From: Tubiluchus corallicola
Taxonomy: Eukaryota > Animalia > Priapulida
Reading direction: 5' to 3'
DNA length: 64,000 nucleotides
Assembly (NCBI GenBank): GCA_030141605.1
Contig: JAQGDQ010002372.1
Span: 620,001-684,000 of the forward strand
In this document: one piece after another, positions 62,354-64,000 of the stretch
How positions within the stretch are numbered: position 1 is the stretch's first letter
How the letters are laid out: each line of letters begins with the position of its first letter
Position numbers and translations under genes: made by a program
The notes under the pieces: model-generated
Databases searched by the model: none
Seen by the model: only the letters and a program-made list of their open reading frames with translations
Told to the model about the DNA's origin: nothing

Positions 62354-63625
62354 ATGCCTCGTGTTGTGCCTGATCAGAGGACAAAATTTGAACAAGAAGA
62401 ACCTTTTAAGCGACTTAGCAGAGAAAGTGAGGTGATGCTTTTTCTTTCATTCGTGTCATTAGTTCAGGACTATGTGTAAATATCACATTTTAGTAACTTC
62501 AACAGCGCGTGTTTAATTATTTCAAAATGACATCTATGTACATTTACTATATGCGGGCTACCTACTTGTGTCAATAGTTGCTTAGTCATTACTAATGCCA
62601 CGCATTGACGTTTTGCCTGTTTCAACTTGTTTAGCTGTGAAGAATGTAATATTGTGCTATTGGTTCACTGACTAAGATGAGTTTAGCCAGACTCGACCCC
62701 GTATATGCTACGCAGTGTCCACTGTTCATTATGGTGATATGTAATGTGATAGTACTTACAATATATCACATTGCACCAATGTGGTAAAATTACGAAGTGT
62801 GTCATTCTTGCCTTACTTTGAGCATTCAAGCACGTGCTACTCTGAAACATATTAGTGATGATGCTAAATGTTCAACGATTAGCACATTCATGTGCGAGTT
62901 TTATGTTAATCAACGCAGTTTTTCGTCACATCGTCATAATCACTTTTAGTGTATTGTGAATTTGTCATAGCCTTTTTAGTGTATGATGTCATTTGGTGGT
63001 ATGGAGGGATTTAGTGTAATTTTCTTATTTCTGCTTCTTCGTACAATCGTTATGTAATAATACATCATTAACAATAATTAGGTCTCTAAACTCACAGAAA
63101 GGGAACATAACTCGTTAGGACTACACTATTTTTGCTTATGTTATACAGTTATGTTCTCTAGAACGGATCGGACAAAATTTTATATGAAATGTAGGTTTCA
63201 GCGAACAGCGCACTGCCTGGCACGCTTCTATTAATCGAACTTCTCACTATCGTTACTTAAAAAGCTATGCTAAATTAATGGTTTACTTTGTTACAGGTGA
63301 GATACACTGCATTTAGAGATAGACCTCACGAAGAAAGGATAGTCAGATTTGAAACAGGTTGTAGAGAAGGACATGCAGAAATAGTAAGTTGTCGTGTTTT
63401 AGACTTTCGCTACTTTATTAAAATCTCCTACTTTTTAAAACCAGTTAGCATTGCATTTAATATATTTATCGCAGTTTGGAAAACTAATTTTCTTCCTACT
63501 TTTCACAGGCTTTTGTCACGTCTGGAACAAACCTGGAACTTTGGTTTGCGCCTCCCGGTTGGACAGGAAACCGCGAACTTGAACCTTACAGAGGTTGGGC
63601 AAATTTCGATTTAGAACATGGCAAG
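62354..63625 (+). CDS. CBFB: Core-binding factor beta subunit (Brother/Big-brother family), first three exons; 3' part lies beyond the window
   Basis: Exons 62354-62431 (MPRVVPDQRTKFEQEEPFKRLSRESE), 63297-63383 (VRYTAFRDRPHEERIVRFETGCREGHAEI) and 63509-63625 (AFVTSGTNLELWF..FDLEHGK), sized 78/87/117 with GT-AG introns. In-frame upstream ATGs lie at 62306 and 62318. Confidence 0.95.
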
Positions 63626-64000
63626 GTAAGGGCAATATCTCATTATTAATTACAGTAATAGCCAGTAACAATGACGTTGATAAGGGCAGTCAAATTTGGG
63701 AACCGAAAAGTGAAAAATACTTCTCATTTTTTCTTTCACACCATTTTATTTCTCGATATAATTATACAATATTTGTGTTTTTTTTTCGTTTTATGTATAT
63801 TTTTTGCTTTTGTTTGTCTGTTTGTAAATATGAAAGTGCTTGCCATAGTAAACAATAAAACCAGCATGATTGTTTCCTTGCCTTGAGTAGCATCATATGG
63901 ATGAATGAGTAATGCAGTCATGACACATACAACTCACATCAGTCACTAACGCATTAACTCAAGCGATACATTGAATCATAAATTTGCAATTGATGTTATT

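Overview
AT-rich, intron-containing invertebrate animal DNA (possibly lophotrochozoan; that is inference). Manual splicing gives six protein-coding genes, all with GT-AG introns and consistent phases: MOB4/phocein (+, 7 exons), a cyclic-nucleotide-gated channel beta subunit (+, 20 coding exons, 1061 aa), a single-coding-exon LRR transmembrane protein (-, 601 aa), two tandem beta-tubulins (-, 5 exons, 447 aa each) and the first three exons of core-binding factor beta (+, truncated by the window end). Non-coding DNA carries several MITE or DNA-transposon remnants, a SINE and microsatellites. Three observations stand out. (1) The promoter and conserved first coding exon of MOB4 lie inside a ~1 kb element bounded by TTAA/CTAA with long inverted arms. 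(2) A tight cluster of RFX X-boxes sits in a CNGB intron, with another in the tubulin that carries the axonemal EGEF motif. (3) The second tubulin is divergent at its M-loop/taxane pocket and tail. I found no clearly new biological system. All coordinates and alignments were done by eye.
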